Virus record (IMG/VR): IMGVR_UViG_3300031449_000026
Span: 1 to 53,044 of that record
Reading direction: 5' to 3' (one strand)
Length of the DNA: 53,044 bases
Origin: a virus
Lineage: Duplodnaviria > Caudoviricetes
The position numbers and the translations under genes are program-made. Positions within the stretch are counted from its first letter, which is position 1; each line of letters opens with the position of its first letter. Positions 42,949 through 52,857 of this stretch are shown piece after piece. The notes beneath the pieces are model-generated. The model did no database searches. It saw only the letters and a program-made list of their open reading frames with translations, and was not told the origin of the DNA.

Positions 42949-43731
42949 CTAAGACCCCCAAAGCACACTCCCCTGCCCCTGCCGCAGCGCTTCAAAGCTG
43001 GACTTATCGTACTTCGCTCGGCAGTTGGTGCAGTGCCAGCTAAACTCCCCCTCTTTCCCCTTCACGCGCTGAACGCGAAATTGATGCGAAGCGCAGTCGC
43101 ACACGCTCGCCTCCGCCGCCGCCCGGCCCGTCGTCAGTCCGTGGTGGATGGAGCGCAGCGTCATGGACTGAAACACCGCGTCCAGTCCGCACGACTGGTC
43201 TTCATTCAGGAACAGCGCCAGCTTCTTTCCAACGCCGTCCAGCCGCCGGGCGATAGTCTGCTTGTTCGTGCCGAACCTGTCCGCCACTTCCTGCAAAGAC
43301 AGCCCGGACAGCCGAAGGTCCACAATCTCCCGCACGCCCTCTTCCAGATGCAGCGCCGAAAGGATTCGGTCGATCTCGCGGGCGGTCATGTCCGAAGCGG
43401 CGGCGCGAGACAGGTGGGACGCCGGGGCCAGGCGGTTGAAGTTGGCATCGGACGGATTGGCGGACTGAACAAACGGAATACCCCGACTTCCAAAGGTTCC
43501 GAATTCTTCATTCGCAGCCCGGTACGCATCGCGGGCTTCCCGCCGGTCTAGGTTTCGGGACGACAGCGCCGGATAAGCGTCTGCGGGGTCGTAGGAGGGC
43601 AGGAGGGCATCTGCGTCCCGGTCGGTGACGGCGCGGCCCCCTGCGGGCTTCTGGGCGGCGCGGCGGGCGCGGTCGGCGCGGGCGTCGGCGACGGTTCGGG
43701 AAGTTCTTGTCTGGGTTGTTTGCGTGGACAT
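42949..43731 (-). CDS. sigma-region-4-like HTH regulator with C-terminal Zn ribbon (candidate late activator)
   Basis: REIVDLRLSGLSLQEVADRFGTNKQTIARRL; CDC..CTNC; AGGAG RBS before MSTQTT; last gene of the replication block. Confidence 0.65.
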   Translation of the reverse strand: MSTQTTQTRTSRTVADARADRARRAAQKPAGGRAVTDRDADALLPSYDPADAYPALSSRNLDRREARDAYRAANEEFGTFGSRGIPFVQSANPSDANFNRLAPASHLSRAAASDMTAREIDRILSALHLEEGVREIVDLRLSGLSLQEVADRFGTNKQTIARRLDGVGKKLALFLNEDQSCGLDAVFQSMTLRSIHHGLTTGRAAAEASVCDCASHQFRVQRVKGKEGEFSWHCTNCRAKYDKSSFEALRQGQGSVLWGS

Positions 43732-43969
43732 TTTGGCGGCTCCTATTTGGGATAGGCAGCCGCCCTTTTGTCGTGCTGGGAAGTCTCGGATTGAGATCAG
43801 CACTCGCGGGGGTTGGTCTGCGGACTATTTTGTTTGCGAGAGTATTTTATCGCACTCTCGGCGATGTATTTTATCGCGGAGCAACTCTGTCAGGTCAAAT
43901 GCTTTTGAAGCACTCTCCGTCAAGTCGCCGCCCCGCAAAAGAGAAGTCTAAAAGAGAGAAACTTTGGGC

Positions 43970-44374
43970 TTAACGGCCCTGGATCGTCGCGCAAATCGAG
44001 ACGCGCTTTTTCTCGTGGATCTTCACCAGCAGCTCGCCGAACTGGGCGTTTGAGATGAAGCGATAGCCGAACACCATCTGCGCTTCCGGGAGCGTCAGGT
44101 ACGCGGGCATCCCGTCCCCTTTGTGCCGCAGGCGCACCATCGCCGGGGCCAGCACGTCCAGTGGCATTTCGTCGGCCCGGAAATTGAACTCGGCAAACGA
44201 CATCTTTTCCTCATGCGAGAGGTGGTCCGCCGACAAAAGCCCCGGCACAGACAGCATGAGGCGCATATTCTCGGCGTGAAGAACGCTGATCTGGCTTTGG
44301 TTGTGAAGAACTGCTGCCAAGACCCGCTCTCTGACCTGGCTGATTTCCGTCTGCGCGGGCGAATTTGTTTGCAT
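43970..44374 (-). CDS. hypothetical protein
   Basis: Co-oriented ORF in the replication block. Confidence 0.55.
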   Translation of the reverse strand: MQTNSPAQTEISQVRERVLAAVLHNQSQISVLHAENMRLMLSVPGLLSADHLSHEEKMSFAEFNFRADEMPLDVLAPAMVRLRHKGDGMPAYLTLPEAQMVFGYRFISNAQFGELLVKIHEKKRVSICATIQGR

Positions 44375-44410
44375 AGTAACTTAACTCTACCATGCTTTAC
44401 TGCCTTCCTG

Positions 44411-44704
44411 TTAGTCCTCCTTCTTCTTCTTTTCCGTTTCCCGGAAAAGTGGCAGGCCGCGCCGGGAGCGGGACTGCGCGAGCGGCAGCCCCAGCAGGCG
44501 GCAGTAATCATGCACGGTGGACTTCGGAACGCCGCACGACGCCGACAGGGTTTTGAGCATCGGGTACTCGCCGCTGCAGCTTGCTACGAGGTAATCATGC
44601 CAAACCTGAACGCACCGGGCCTTGTTGACGTAGCGCGGCGGCGGGCGCAAAGGCTTGCGCGGCTCTGGGGCACTTTGCGGCTGATGTGAAGCAGGCGTAG
44701 ACAC
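44411..44704 (-). CDS. HTH DNA-binding protein
   Basis: LKTLSASCGVPKSTVHDY HTH; TGGTAGAAT 6 nt before the GTG (leaderless). Confidence 0.6.
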   Translation of the reverse strand: MSTPASHQPQSAPEPRKPLRPPPRYVNKARCVQVWHDYLVASCSGEYPMLKTLSASCGVPKSTVHDYCRLLGLPLAQSRSRRGLPLFRETEKKKKED

Positions 44705-45016
44705 TCTGCTATTCTACCACCCCGCGTGTAGTTTTGGCAGAGTGCTACTCAGCAGAAGGCACGAAATCAAGATTGCTCTGGGGCAACGCCTGGGAGTGTC
44801 CGCCCAATAGCCTCTGCGAGTTTTGGCGGTACAGCATTCCCGATCACCTTACTCGCCAGAGTCCGTTTCGGTGGCAAGATAAATGTGTCGAGGAAAGACT
44901 GGAACCTTGCAAGAGCGCGGGGAGTCATGGCGACCACGCGGCCCGTCCCTAGCCACGCCTTTGGATCACTAGCAGGACTCCGCCGCCACCCGCAAATAAT
45001 ACTGTCGCTGTTGGAT

Positions 45017-45586
45017 TCATACTGCTACCCCTTCATTCCACCAGGCCAGCACCGCGTCCAGATGCGCCGTCAGTTTCACCATGTCCCACGTCAGCCGCTC
45101 CAATCGTCGCTGAACCTCCCCTCCCTCCCGCCGCGCCCTGCCGCCGGTCATGCCAGCGAGGACGCGCTTCTCGGCCCATAGGTTCTGCCGGGCATGGAAC
45201 AGTCCGTCCATCCGCTCCCACGCCGTCCGAACCATTCCCGCCGGGTCGTCCGTGGAATATCCCTGCGAGAGCGGCAGACCCCCGTCCGGCAAGGGCGGCA
45301 GCTTCCCGGCTTTCGCGGCGGCGACAAGCCCCGAAAATCGCCTGAGAGACGCCCCGGAGAGGCTGGAGGCGTCCAGCACTGGCTCCGAGGGGCTGGAAGC
45401 CGTTTCTGGGGGCATTTGGGCGGCCCTGAGACGGTTCCAGTCATGTCCGGGGGTTAAGGTTTCTGGTTCGACAAAGGCGTCCTCGGTCACAATGCGGATG
45501 CCGTTCTTGTCGCGGTGCTCTAGGCGTTCTGATGCAGTCGTTTTCGGCAGAACGGCGGGCCTTGCTTGGGAGAGCGCTGGTGTCAT
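45017..45586 (-). CDS. hypothetical protein
   Basis: ORF downstream of the origin-like region. Confidence 0.55.
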   Translation of the reverse strand: MTPALSQARPAVLPKTTASERLEHRDKNGIRIVTEDAFVEPETLTPGHDWNRLRAAQMPPETASSPSEPVLDASSLSGASLRRFSGLVAAAKAGKLPPLPDGGLPLSQGYSTDDPAGMVRTAWERMDGLFHARQNLWAEKRVLAGMTGGRARREGGEVQRRLERLTWDMVKLTAHLDAVLAWWNEGVAV

Positions 45587-45659
45587 GGTGAGGTTCTTCT
45601 TTCTATCGGTGCAAATTCTGATCTAAAACTGACTTTCTGCTGAAAAACCTGTCAAAAAC

Positions 45660-45855
45660 AGAGAAACAGTCCTGACTGTCCTAAACCGTCTTGGCAATTT
45701 TCTTCTGATTTTTGGCTTATATACTCTTATTATTTCTTTTACTAGGACAGTAGGATAGATAGGACAGTATATACATATATTTCACGTGTGCGCACACGCG
45801 CAAAAAATACCGTTTTCATCTCCTGACTGTCCTACCGTCCTAGTAAAAGAAATTT
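45660..45855. other. putative replication origin (iterons plus AT-rich core)
   Basis: TAGGAC(A/G)G-type repeats in both orientations, a 17-bp perfect inverted repeat (45732-45748 / 45837-45853) and an AT-rich centre, directly after the primase-helicase gene. Confidence 0.65.
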
Positions 45856-45882
45856 GTCAAAAATCCTGCTGTGAAAGCCCTG

Positions 45883-48411
45883 TTATGGCGGAACATACCC
45901 TTGTGCCAGCAGCCCGATCCCGATTCGGTAGCCAATGCCGCCCAGCTTCTCAGGAAGGATGTCGCGCCTCGAGAGTTTGAGGCCAAAAGCTGTCTGGGTG
46001 TCAACGTGCTTCTCCCCGTTGTCTAGGCACCACACTTTATAGGCATTGTAAATCACGGACGCCGGAGATTTAAGCTCTTTGCTGATAACGCAGCGGTCTT
46101 CCAAGAACTGCCCCACGGTGTCCATCTCTCGCCGGTAATCCGCGATTGCGTCGGCAACTGCGCCAGGCATCCCAAGCCCGCTCTCCTGCCATGCAAGGCA
46201 TCCGCGCATGGCCCAGGCGAGGATGCCGGGAAGTTCCAGCAGCAGCTTCTTTTCCAGTTCGCCGTCAATCTCCTCGTCCGGGATGCGCTCATCGAACGGA
46301 ACCATGCGGAGCCTATCCCACATCCCTTCGTCCGTGCCGCGAATGATCGGCCTATGCTGCGTTCCGAAGAACAGTTTGAATTCCGGCTTGAAATCAAAAA
46401 ACTCTTGATGCAGAAACCGGGCCGTCATCATGTCGTTTCCCGTCATTTTTTTGACAAGCCCTTCGGAAAGCCGGTTCCCTTCGTCCGACTCGCTGGCAGC
46501 CACGAACCGGGCCGAGCGCAGGCGGGCAATGTCGTTCGTCGGCACATTCTCCCCGCGCTTCACCATCAGCGTATCGCTCGGCGTCGTCATGCCGTAATCC
46601 CCCATCATCTTCGTAATCGTTCCGAGAAAGGTTGATTTTCCGTTCCGCCCTTTGTTGCCATAAAGAATCACGAGAACGCGGCGGCGGCTGTCTCCCGTGA
46701 GCGCGTAGCCGACAGCTCGCTGCATAAAGTCAACCCGTTCTTTGTCGCCTGCCAGAACGCGGCGCAGAAACTTGTCCCAGACCGGCGCGGCGGCGTTCTG
46801 GTCATAGCGCACCGAGCAAAGCTTGGTCGAGAAGTCTTCCCTAGAATGCGTCAGGAGTGTCCCCGTCCGAAGATCAACCGTGCCGTTCTGCACCGTCAGT
46901 TTCATGGCCTCCTGGTCAAGTTGCGGCACATCTATCGGCAACCCTGGCAGCGATTGGGCCGTTTTTACCATCGCCTCCATGCGGGATAGGCTCTCGCACT
47001 TGACCGCCCACTGCCTCAGCATGACCCGCCGCTCCTCTAATGGCTCCCGGTCAGCATCTTCGCGGATAGAGGCGATGACGCGGTGAACAAGCCGGTAAAT
47101 GCCGCCGCTTGCGTCCGGGTGCCAGTAGCGCCCGTTCCACAGAAGCCACTGCTGCCACGCATGGCAGTAGCGAATGTCCGTCTTGAACAAATGGGCCAGC
47201 CGCTTTGCATTGCCGAGATCGGTAAAGTTGAACGCCTCGCCGCTTGGCATAGTCGTTCCCGGCACAGTCGTTCCCGACAGAAAGTCGCCTGCACCTTCTT
47301 CCTCCTTATCTTTGCCCGCTGGTCCATCTTTGCCCGCTGGTCCATCTTCGTCCATTGGAGAAGGCTCCTCGGATGGCTTAGGCTCTCGTTTGCGCGAAAC
47401 TCTTGCGCCCGCATTCGGCGTACTGGGCGTTCCGTAGCCGCCTGCCGCCAACGCCTTTGTCGCCGCCCGGAAGTCGCCGCCGTGCTGGATGAAAGCATAT
47501 GCGCCGAACAGGGTGTATGACTCCCCTGGTTCTAATGGCGAAGCATTCGTGCTGTGGACGTAGAGGTGATTCGTGCCGCCAACATTGACGGAGACGGCGG
47601 TTGATCTCGGCTTGTCCGCCCACCCGTAGAAAGAGGCGTTTCCCCTCCCGTACCGCCTCTCTAGTCCAAAACCGCGCAGGAGCGGCTCCCACTCGCCGCG
47701 AGCATTGAAGTCGTCACCAGGACGCAGTTCACCTAAAGCCGGGGCGACGCTTGGGCGCGGCGCGGGACCAGGCGCGGGCGGCGGTGTCCACAGGTTGAAC
47801 GTGCGGGCCAGAGACAAGATCGCATCTCGGTCCTCCGCCGTGATCGTCGGAACGTCCGCGAGGTGTCCTTGCAGGTAAACATAGGGAACGCCAGCAGGAT
47901 GACACGCAGCAGGGGATGGGGCGACGAGAGACGACTTCCCCTCCCCCTGCGTTTCAATGCGTATCGTTTTCTTCTTAGGGTCATCTTTCCTGGGAAGCCA
48001 TGCGAGGTACACTGTGCGCGGGGCAGCAACAGAGGAGCGCCAGAAAACCTTGACGCCGCCCGACGGCGTTTGTACCACCGGAAGACGGCCAGCAAGCAAG
48101 ATGCCGCCGTACCCTTCGTCTTCCATCAATCTGCCCCACTGCTCGTATAACCCCGGCTCATCAAAGTCCAGCGTTTCCAGGTTGCCGCTGACGCCGCCAT
48201 TGACGACAGCGATCCCTCGTAAAGTCTTGTCGAACCAAAGGCGCAGCTCGCCGTCATGCGGCAGCCGTTCTTGGAACTGTCGCCACGGCCCATTCGTGTC
48301 TACCATTTTCGTGCCGTCGGTTTTCACGGGAACTACGCTGATTCCCGCCGCTACCAATCGCCGCGCTTCCGCCAGTAATTCTAAAGTAATGAGAGAAGAA
48401 TTCAAGGTCAC
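45883..48411 (-). CDS. bifunctional primase-polymerase / D5-like SF3 helicase (P4-type)
   Basis: N-terminal LDFD..TPSGG Prim-Pol; TDLGNAKR D5-N; GNKGRNGKST Walker A; KKMTGND..ARFL. Confidence 0.9.
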   Translation of the reverse strand: MTLNSSLITLELLAEARRLVAAGISVVPVKTDGTKMVDTNGPWRQFQERLPHDGELRLWFDKTLRGIAVVNGGVSGNLETLDFDEPGLYEQWGRLMEDEGYGGILLAGRLPVVQTPSGGVKVFWRSSVAAPRTVYLAWLPRKDDPKKKTIRIETQGEGKSSLVAPSPAACHPAGVPYVYLQGHLADVPTITAEDRDAILSLARTFNLWTPPPAPGPAPRPSVAPALGELRPGDDFNARGEWEPLLRGFGLERRYGRGNASFYGWADKPRSTAVSVNVGGTNHLYVHSTNASPLEPGESYTLFGAYAFIQHGGDFRAATKALAAGGYGTPSTPNAGARVSRKREPKPSEEPSPMDEDGPAGKDGPAGKDKEEEGAGDFLSGTTVPGTTMPSGEAFNFTDLGNAKRLAHLFKTDIRYCHAWQQWLLWNGRYWHPDASGGIYRLVHRVIASIREDADREPLEERRVMLRQWAVKCESLSRMEAMVKTAQSLPGLPIDVPQLDQEAMKLTVQNGTVDLRTGTLLTHSREDFSTKLCSVRYDQNAAAPVWDKFLRRVLAGDKERVDFMQRAVGYALTGDSRRRVLVILYGNKGRNGKSTFLGTITKMMGDYGMTTPSDTLMVKRGENVPTNDIARLRSARFVAASESDEGNRLSEGLVKKMTGNDMMTARFLHQEFFDFKPEFKLFFGTQHRPIIRGTDEGMWDRLRMVPFDERIPDEEIDGELEKKLLLELPGILAWAMRGCLAWQESGLGMPGAVADAIADYRREMDTVGQFLEDRCVISKELKSPASVIYNAYKVWCLDNGEKHVDTQTAFGLKLSRRDILPEKLGGIGYRIGIGLLAQGYVPP

Positions 48412-49001
48412 TTTCCTTGTTCCGCCAAAATCCGCAGTGCGTCCTTGATGTCAAGCCCGTCCATCTCGTTTCCAATGCGAGTCCAGTTCTCTCTTGGCGG
48501 AAAGAGTAGTCCGTCAGGCCGTGCGAACATCTCCAAATATGGAGGCGGATAGAGTTCCGCCCGTTCGTACTGCTCATCGGGCTTTGCGCTGTGCGGCCCG
48601 GTGGGGTGGAACATCACGTCCAAAAACTGTTTACCAGGAGCGGGACACGCACCCTTGCCGCGCTTTGCGATGATGTACGGCTCCGAACAGGACCGCTGAT
48701 GATAACCCGTTCCAAGTCTCGGCACGGCGGCGCGGTACATCTTAATCCACGAACCGCCCGTCACCGGCACGAAATCCCACGCCCGGATGACCTCTTGCGC
48801 CGTGCCATCAGCAAGGTGCGGCCAAGTTGTCCACATGATGAGTATGGCGTCTTTCATGGCGACGCCGGCGACCGGCAACGCGCAGATGTCGGCTTTTGTC
48901 ATCACCGGATAATGCTGGTCAGGCGACTTTCCGCGCCCTTTCATCGTGCGCGTCTGAAACGTCCACGGCGGGTCAGAAATTATAGTCTTAAAGCGCAACA
49001 T
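48408..49001 (-). CDS. MT-A70 family adenine methyltransferase
   Basis: DPPW, HYPVM, MWTT, HSAKP and LEMFAR motifs. Confidence 0.9.
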   Translation of the reverse strand: MLRFKTIISDPPWTFQTRTMKGRGKSPDQHYPVMTKADICALPVAGVAMKDAILIMWTTWPHLADGTAQEVIRAWDFVPVTGGSWIKMYRAAVPRLGTGYHQRSCSEPYIIAKRGKGACPAPGKQFLDVMFHPTGPHSAKPDEQYERAELYPPPYLEMFARPDGLLFPPRENWTRIGNEMDGLDIKDALRILAEQGK

Positions 49002-49485
49002 CTTCTCCTAAACAAACCTCAAAGCGCAACTTCCCTTGCAGCGGTGACTTGTCTACTCGCGGGCGAGATACGCATGACCACGATCTGCCGCGCACTTCCC
49101 CCACACACTTCCAGCCTGCCGCCGCAAGGCTTGTCCCCGGCTCTATGTCCAAAATGTAGGTGATAAGGCGGCGGTAGCCGAGAGCGCGGCAGGCCCGCCA
49201 CGAGGCCGCGTAGAGTGCGGAGCAGGCGTTTGGGCATCCGTCAGTCGCAAGCCGCGTGACTTCCAGGCATAGCCCGTCGTCAAGCCCCCGCGCAACGGGC
49301 CTGCCAACCATGACCACGCCGCGCACTTTCCCCCCCCCCCCCCCCCCCCCCTCATCCGCAACCGCGAGGCTGAACTTGTGGCCGAAAGACGGCAAGTGAT
49401 GACAGTGATGCTGCTTCACAAATGCCTGCGCTTCATCTAAAGTGCAGGGAACGATGACCAGTTTGACTTGATCAGGATGTTTCAC
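48988..49485 (-). CDS. XF1762-family GNAT-like (Mom-related) protein
   Basis: GRPVARGLDDG..EVTRLATDG..NACSALY..ALGYRRLITY..E.GTSLAAAGW. Confidence 0.75.
   Translation of the reverse strand: MKHPDQVKLVIVPCTLDEAQAFVKQHHCHHLPSFGHKFSLAVADEGGGGGGGKVRGVVMVGRPVARGLDDGLCLEVTRLATDGCPNACSALYAASWRACRALGYRRLITYILDIEPGTSLAAAGWKCVGEVRGRSWSCVSRPRVDKSPLQGKLRFEVCLGEDVAL
49330..49351. repeat. C22/G22 homopolymer inside the XF1762-like gene
   Basis: 22 consecutive C on the + strand; encodes E-GGGGGGG in frame. Confidence 0.9.
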
Positions 49486-49799
49486 TTCCGCCGCCTTTCA
49501 ATCACCCACAAATGCACTCCATTGACCCGCCCAACGAATTTGTAACGCGGTCCAAGAAGCACTTTGGCGGCTTCGGGCCGCAGGTCAAGGTCAGAGTGTG
49601 CGCCAATCCTGTCGGTGATCGTGACGAGAACGCGCCGCCCGCCCCGGCTTGCCAGCACTTTGTCTCCGAGCCGACCTTGATTACAAGCCGCGCACAGGCC
49701 GTACCGCGCCCGGTTTTCGGCAGGCGTTCGCCCGTTGGCACATTTGCTCCCACCTGCGTACCACGTCGCAGAGGCAAGAACAAGCATTGGCGCTAGCAT
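49482..49799 (-). CDS. RlpA-like double-psi beta-barrel protein
   Basis: ATWY..ANG..AAC..LGDKV..VLVTITDRI..LDLRPEAA; start uncertain. Confidence 0.7.
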   Translation of the reverse strand: MLAPMLVLASATWYAGGSKCANGRTPAENRARYGLCAACNQGRLGDKVLASRGGRRVLVTITDRIGAHSDLDLRPEAAKVLLGPRYKFVGRVNGVHLWVIERRRK

Positions 49800-49914
49800 A
49801 AGCCGCAGTCCTCCCAAAGTTCGGAAACCAGCCGCTCCCCGCCAAGCCATGCCCCAAGCACCGCTCCGAAACAGGCCAAGACCATCTCGGTCCAAGTCAG
49901 CATTTCGTTTTCTG

Positions 49915-50511
49915 TCAGCATTTCTCGCTCCTTAGCTTTTCCGCAAGCTGTGCCCGGTACACCGCTAGGGGCGTTTCGCACGGTACGTCCGTTTCCCCGT
50001 CGCCCCATGAAAGCCAAGCAATCTGCGCCAGCCAGTAGGCGTCCGCTTGATGCTCATCTAAGGCAGCTTCTCCGCCGAGCGCTTCCGTCGCCGTGTCAAT
50101 CATGCGCTGCTTGTCCGCGTTGCCGAGGCCCGTCGCAAACTTCTTGATCTGCTGAATGCCGACAAGCGCCAGTTCCGCGCCTGCGCCGTCCCAGCAGGCA
50201 AGTTTTAGAACGCCTTGCATTTCGCCGATGTCGCTAGTCGCCCCCGTGCCGCGCAAGGCCGGAGCCTCAGCGCAAATGAGGATTGGGTCAAAGTTGTCAC
50301 CAATTTGAGCGCGGAGCCATCCTCGCCACCAGGCCAGTCGCGCTGCCCCGATGCGCGGCGCGTTTCTCTCCGTTCCCGCTCTCGCTCCGGGAACCCGCAG
50401 AGGCGGCACAGTGATTGTTTCCACGTCCCACACGGGCTTTCCGGCGACTACGCCCGCAAGTCGGCACACGCCGCAGGTGTTGAGGCTCATGTCAAGCGCA
50501 AGAATTCGCAT
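49915..50511 (-). CDS. RuvC-like Holliday junction resolvase
   Basis: ILALDMS, AEAP, IKKFATGLGNADK and HQADAY motifs. Confidence 0.85.
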   Translation of the reverse strand: MRILALDMSLNTCGVCRLAGVVAGKPVWDVETITVPPLRVPGARAGTERNAPRIGAARLAWWRGWLRAQIGDNFDPILICAEAPALRGTGATSDIGEMQGVLKLACWDGAGAELALVGIQQIKKFATGLGNADKQRMIDTATEALGGEAALDEHQADAYWLAQIAWLSWGDGETDVPCETPLAVYRAQLAEKLRSEKC

Positions 50512-50720
50512 CAGTTGCTCTTTCCGGCAATCCGCCAGTCATGCCCTGCTCCCATATCATTCAGGCAGTCCATGCACAGGGACACGCCGCAGCCGCAACC
50601 CTCGTGGGCGCCGGGAGGGACTTCCCGCTCCCGAACGCACTGCGGGCAGAAGGCAAGCCTGCGGGTCATGGTTCCTTCCGCGCCGCATTCGCCGCAACGC
50701 AGGTAGATGGTTTCAGGCAT
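50511..50720 (-). CDS. small Cys-rich zinc-finger protein
   Basis: Four Cys pairs; coupled to neighbouring genes. Confidence 0.55.
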   Translation of the reverse strand: MPETIYLRCGECGAEGTMTRRLAFCPQCVREREVPPGAHEGCGCGVSLCMDCLNDMGAGHDWRIAGKSN

Positions 50721-51231
50721 TGCCTTCCTCCCATTCCCACAGGCTTAGGCTTCCTTTGGCGGGGATCGGAACAGCCAGCGGCTTGATGTTTCCCAAGACC
50801 CACGCATAGCGTCCCGGCGAGTAGTCTCCGAACGAAAGTTCCGGCTCGGCGGGCGGAAGACGAAAGAGTTCATGTGCGCCGACAGAAATCCCCGTTTCGC
50901 TGCTGATGGAAATGTCGCTTGATGCAAACGAGAAAATTCGTGAGTTGGTTGAGTAAACCCCGGTCAGTTCGCACGTCGCCACAATGCAGCCAAGTGGCAG
51001 GATTTTGTTCATTATCATGGGCCGGTTGTCCGGCACGTCATAACCTGCGTCCCGCAAAGCAGACCGAAACGGCTCCGTCAGGCAGAGTTCCCGGCACTCT
51101 CGCGGAAAGCCTTTGGCGGCATGAATGGCGAGCGGGCCACGGTAAGAACTTTGCCAACTACGGGTTTCAATCCGCTTCGCGTCTATCGCAACGAGAGTGG
51201 CCCAGGGCTGAGTCAGCGTGATTGCTTTCAT
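50713..51231 (-). CDS. ASCH domain protein
   Basis: MKAITLTQPWATLV..KRIETRSW..YRGPLAIHA..PAKGSLSLW. Confidence 0.9.
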   Translation of the reverse strand: MKAITLTQPWATLVAIDAKRIETRSWQSSYRGPLAIHAAKGFPRECRELCLTEPFRSALRDAGYDVPDNRPMIMNKILPLGCIVATCELTGVYSTNSRIFSFASSDISISSETGISVGAHELFRLPPAEPELSFGDYSPGRYAWVLGNIKPLAVPIPAKGSLSLWEWEEGNA

Positions 51232-51818
51232 CAAATGCCTCCCAGCACGGCAAGAATGTAGCCGATGCCCAGCCATGTCGTTACTGACGCTACTAATATC
51301 CATAGCCCGAACTCCCGCACGTCCCGGATGCATCGGCCAAAAAACGACGGCGCTGCCGGAGATTGCCGCCTCCCTGGCAAAAGCGCCGCGCACTCCAGCG
51401 AAGCCCAGCCTTGCGCCAGGACGCGGCGGCAGCGCTCGTCGCGCAAATCTGCCGACCAGATCAGCCGGTCCAAATCCTCCTGCTGACACTCCTGTGCCTG
51501 CCGAAGCACCGCACCCGCGTCCAGTGCCATGCTGACGGTAACAAATCCGCTTGCCTCCATAAATCCGCTTGCCTCCATCACGGACAGCCGCAACCCGGCG
51601 CTGGTGGGAAGCCACACGGACAGGGCGAACAGAAGGTCGTCGTCATTAAAACGCAAAACAGCGCAAGAGTGAAGCGGCAAAGGGGCCGGGGAAGCAAAAA
51701 TGAACGGAGCGGGAAGCGGCGGCGCGGCAGGAAGAAAGCCAGGAAAACGCTGAGTGTCGCAGTCGTTTTCGTCAGAAGGATTGGGCGAATTGACTTTCGG
51801 ATTTTTGCTGGGTATCAT
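51231..51818 (-). CDS. hypothetical protein with C-terminal TM segment
   Basis: TGATG coupling to the ASCH gene; true start uncertain. Confidence 0.4.
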   Translation of the reverse strand: MIPSKNPKVNSPNPSDENDCDTQRFPGFLPAAPPLPAPFIFASPAPLPLHSCAVLRFNDDDLLFALSVWLPTSAGLRLSVMEASGFMEASGFVTVSMALDAGAVLRQAQECQQEDLDRLIWSADLRDERCRRVLAQGWASLECAALLPGRRQSPAAPSFFGRCIRDVREFGLWILVASVTTWLGIGYILAVLGGI

Positions 51819-51852
51819 AAGAGGGTGATTGTCCTTGTGGCGAGGGCAGAAT

Positions 51853-51881
51853 AAGGGCGGCTTTTCGGAGCCGCCCTTTTT
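51853..51881. terminator. terminator hairpin
   Basis: AAGGGCGGCT-ttcgg-AGCCGCCCTT with T-rich flanks. Confidence 0.65.
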
Positions 51882-51899
51882 GCTGTCTGGATGATTAGG

Positions 51900-52814
51900 C
51901 TAGTTCTGTCCGGCGATCTTCTCGTCGCCGCCAATGAAGGCATCGTCAAAAGGGTCTTCCTCCGGCGCGACTTCGGCGACGGCAGAGACTTCACTTGCCG
52001 TGACTTCCTCCTCAACCACGACGACTACTTCGGCGGTTGCTTCTTTCTGCGCTTTGACCATTTCGTCAAGCAATGCTTCTAGGTCGCAGAACGGTAATTC
52101 TGCAAGGGGGAGTTTTCCGAAAGAGCGTGAGTAGGTCTTTTTGTAGCAGATCAGCAGGGGAGCGTCCTCGCGCTTCGCATAGTCCATCATGGCGATAATC
52201 GCGTCACGGACGTTTTGAGATTTTTCTTCGTCCGAGGCAGCCGCTTCCCCCGTTTCCACGTCCACGACGCCGGTTTTCGCGTTTGCAATCGTTTCCACTT
52301 CCGTCTCATCCAGCCAGCCCAGCCCGCAGATCGAGAGCGTGACCCGCCGCTTGGCTTTGGTCAGCGCCTTCATGGTCGCGTTCGCCAGATTATCCCCTTG
52401 CAGACCCTTGATGCTGATGACACCGACATCGGAATCCTCGCGTCCGTCCGGCAGAACCGCAGTCACAAAGACTTCGTACATCCCGCTTTCTTTGTTGTAG
52501 GACGTGCGGATTTTGTCGGCAGGGATGGAGACTTTGTTGATTTTGCGAAGCTGATCCGTGCAGCATTTCGTTGCGTAAAACTTAAGTCCCCCTGGAAGCT
52601 GGATGTACTCAAACGGCTTCGTCAGAGGGTTCAGTCCGAGGCTCTCGCAGGTGCGGCGGTAGTAGTTCACCCGGTCACTGGGCGTCATTCGGGTAATGTC
52701 GCCCCTGCCGATCACGTCGTCAAGAGCCTGTGCGGTGCGCTGCTCGAAGTCGGGCGCGATAGATAAGAGAGGTGCCGCACCGCTACTGGGGCGCGTGGCA
52801 AGTGCAGTTGTCAT
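51900..52814 (-). CDS. single-strand annealing recombinase (RecT/Bet/Rad52 superfamily)
   Basis: LGLNPLTKPF, DQLRK and NATMKALTKAKRRVTLSICGLG motifs; acidic DPF C-terminal tail. Confidence 0.7.
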   Translation of the reverse strand: MTTALATRPSSGAAPLLSIAPDFEQRTAQALDDVIGRGDITRMTPSDRVNYYRRTCESLGLNPLTKPFEYIQLPGGLKFYATKCCTDQLRKINKVSIPADKIRTSYNKESGMYEVFVTAVLPDGREDSDVGVISIKGLQGDNLANATMKALTKAKRRVTLSICGLGWLDETEVETIANAKTGVVDVETGEAAASDEEKSQNVRDAIIAMMDYAKREDAPLLICYKKTYSRSFGKLPLAELPFCDLEALLDEMVKAQKEATAEVVVVVEEEVTASEVSAVAEVAPEEDPFDDAFIGGDEKIAGQN

Positions 52815-52857
52815 GGGAAAATCCTTTCAGGAGAAATCCGTCTTAGCCGTCGCCGTC

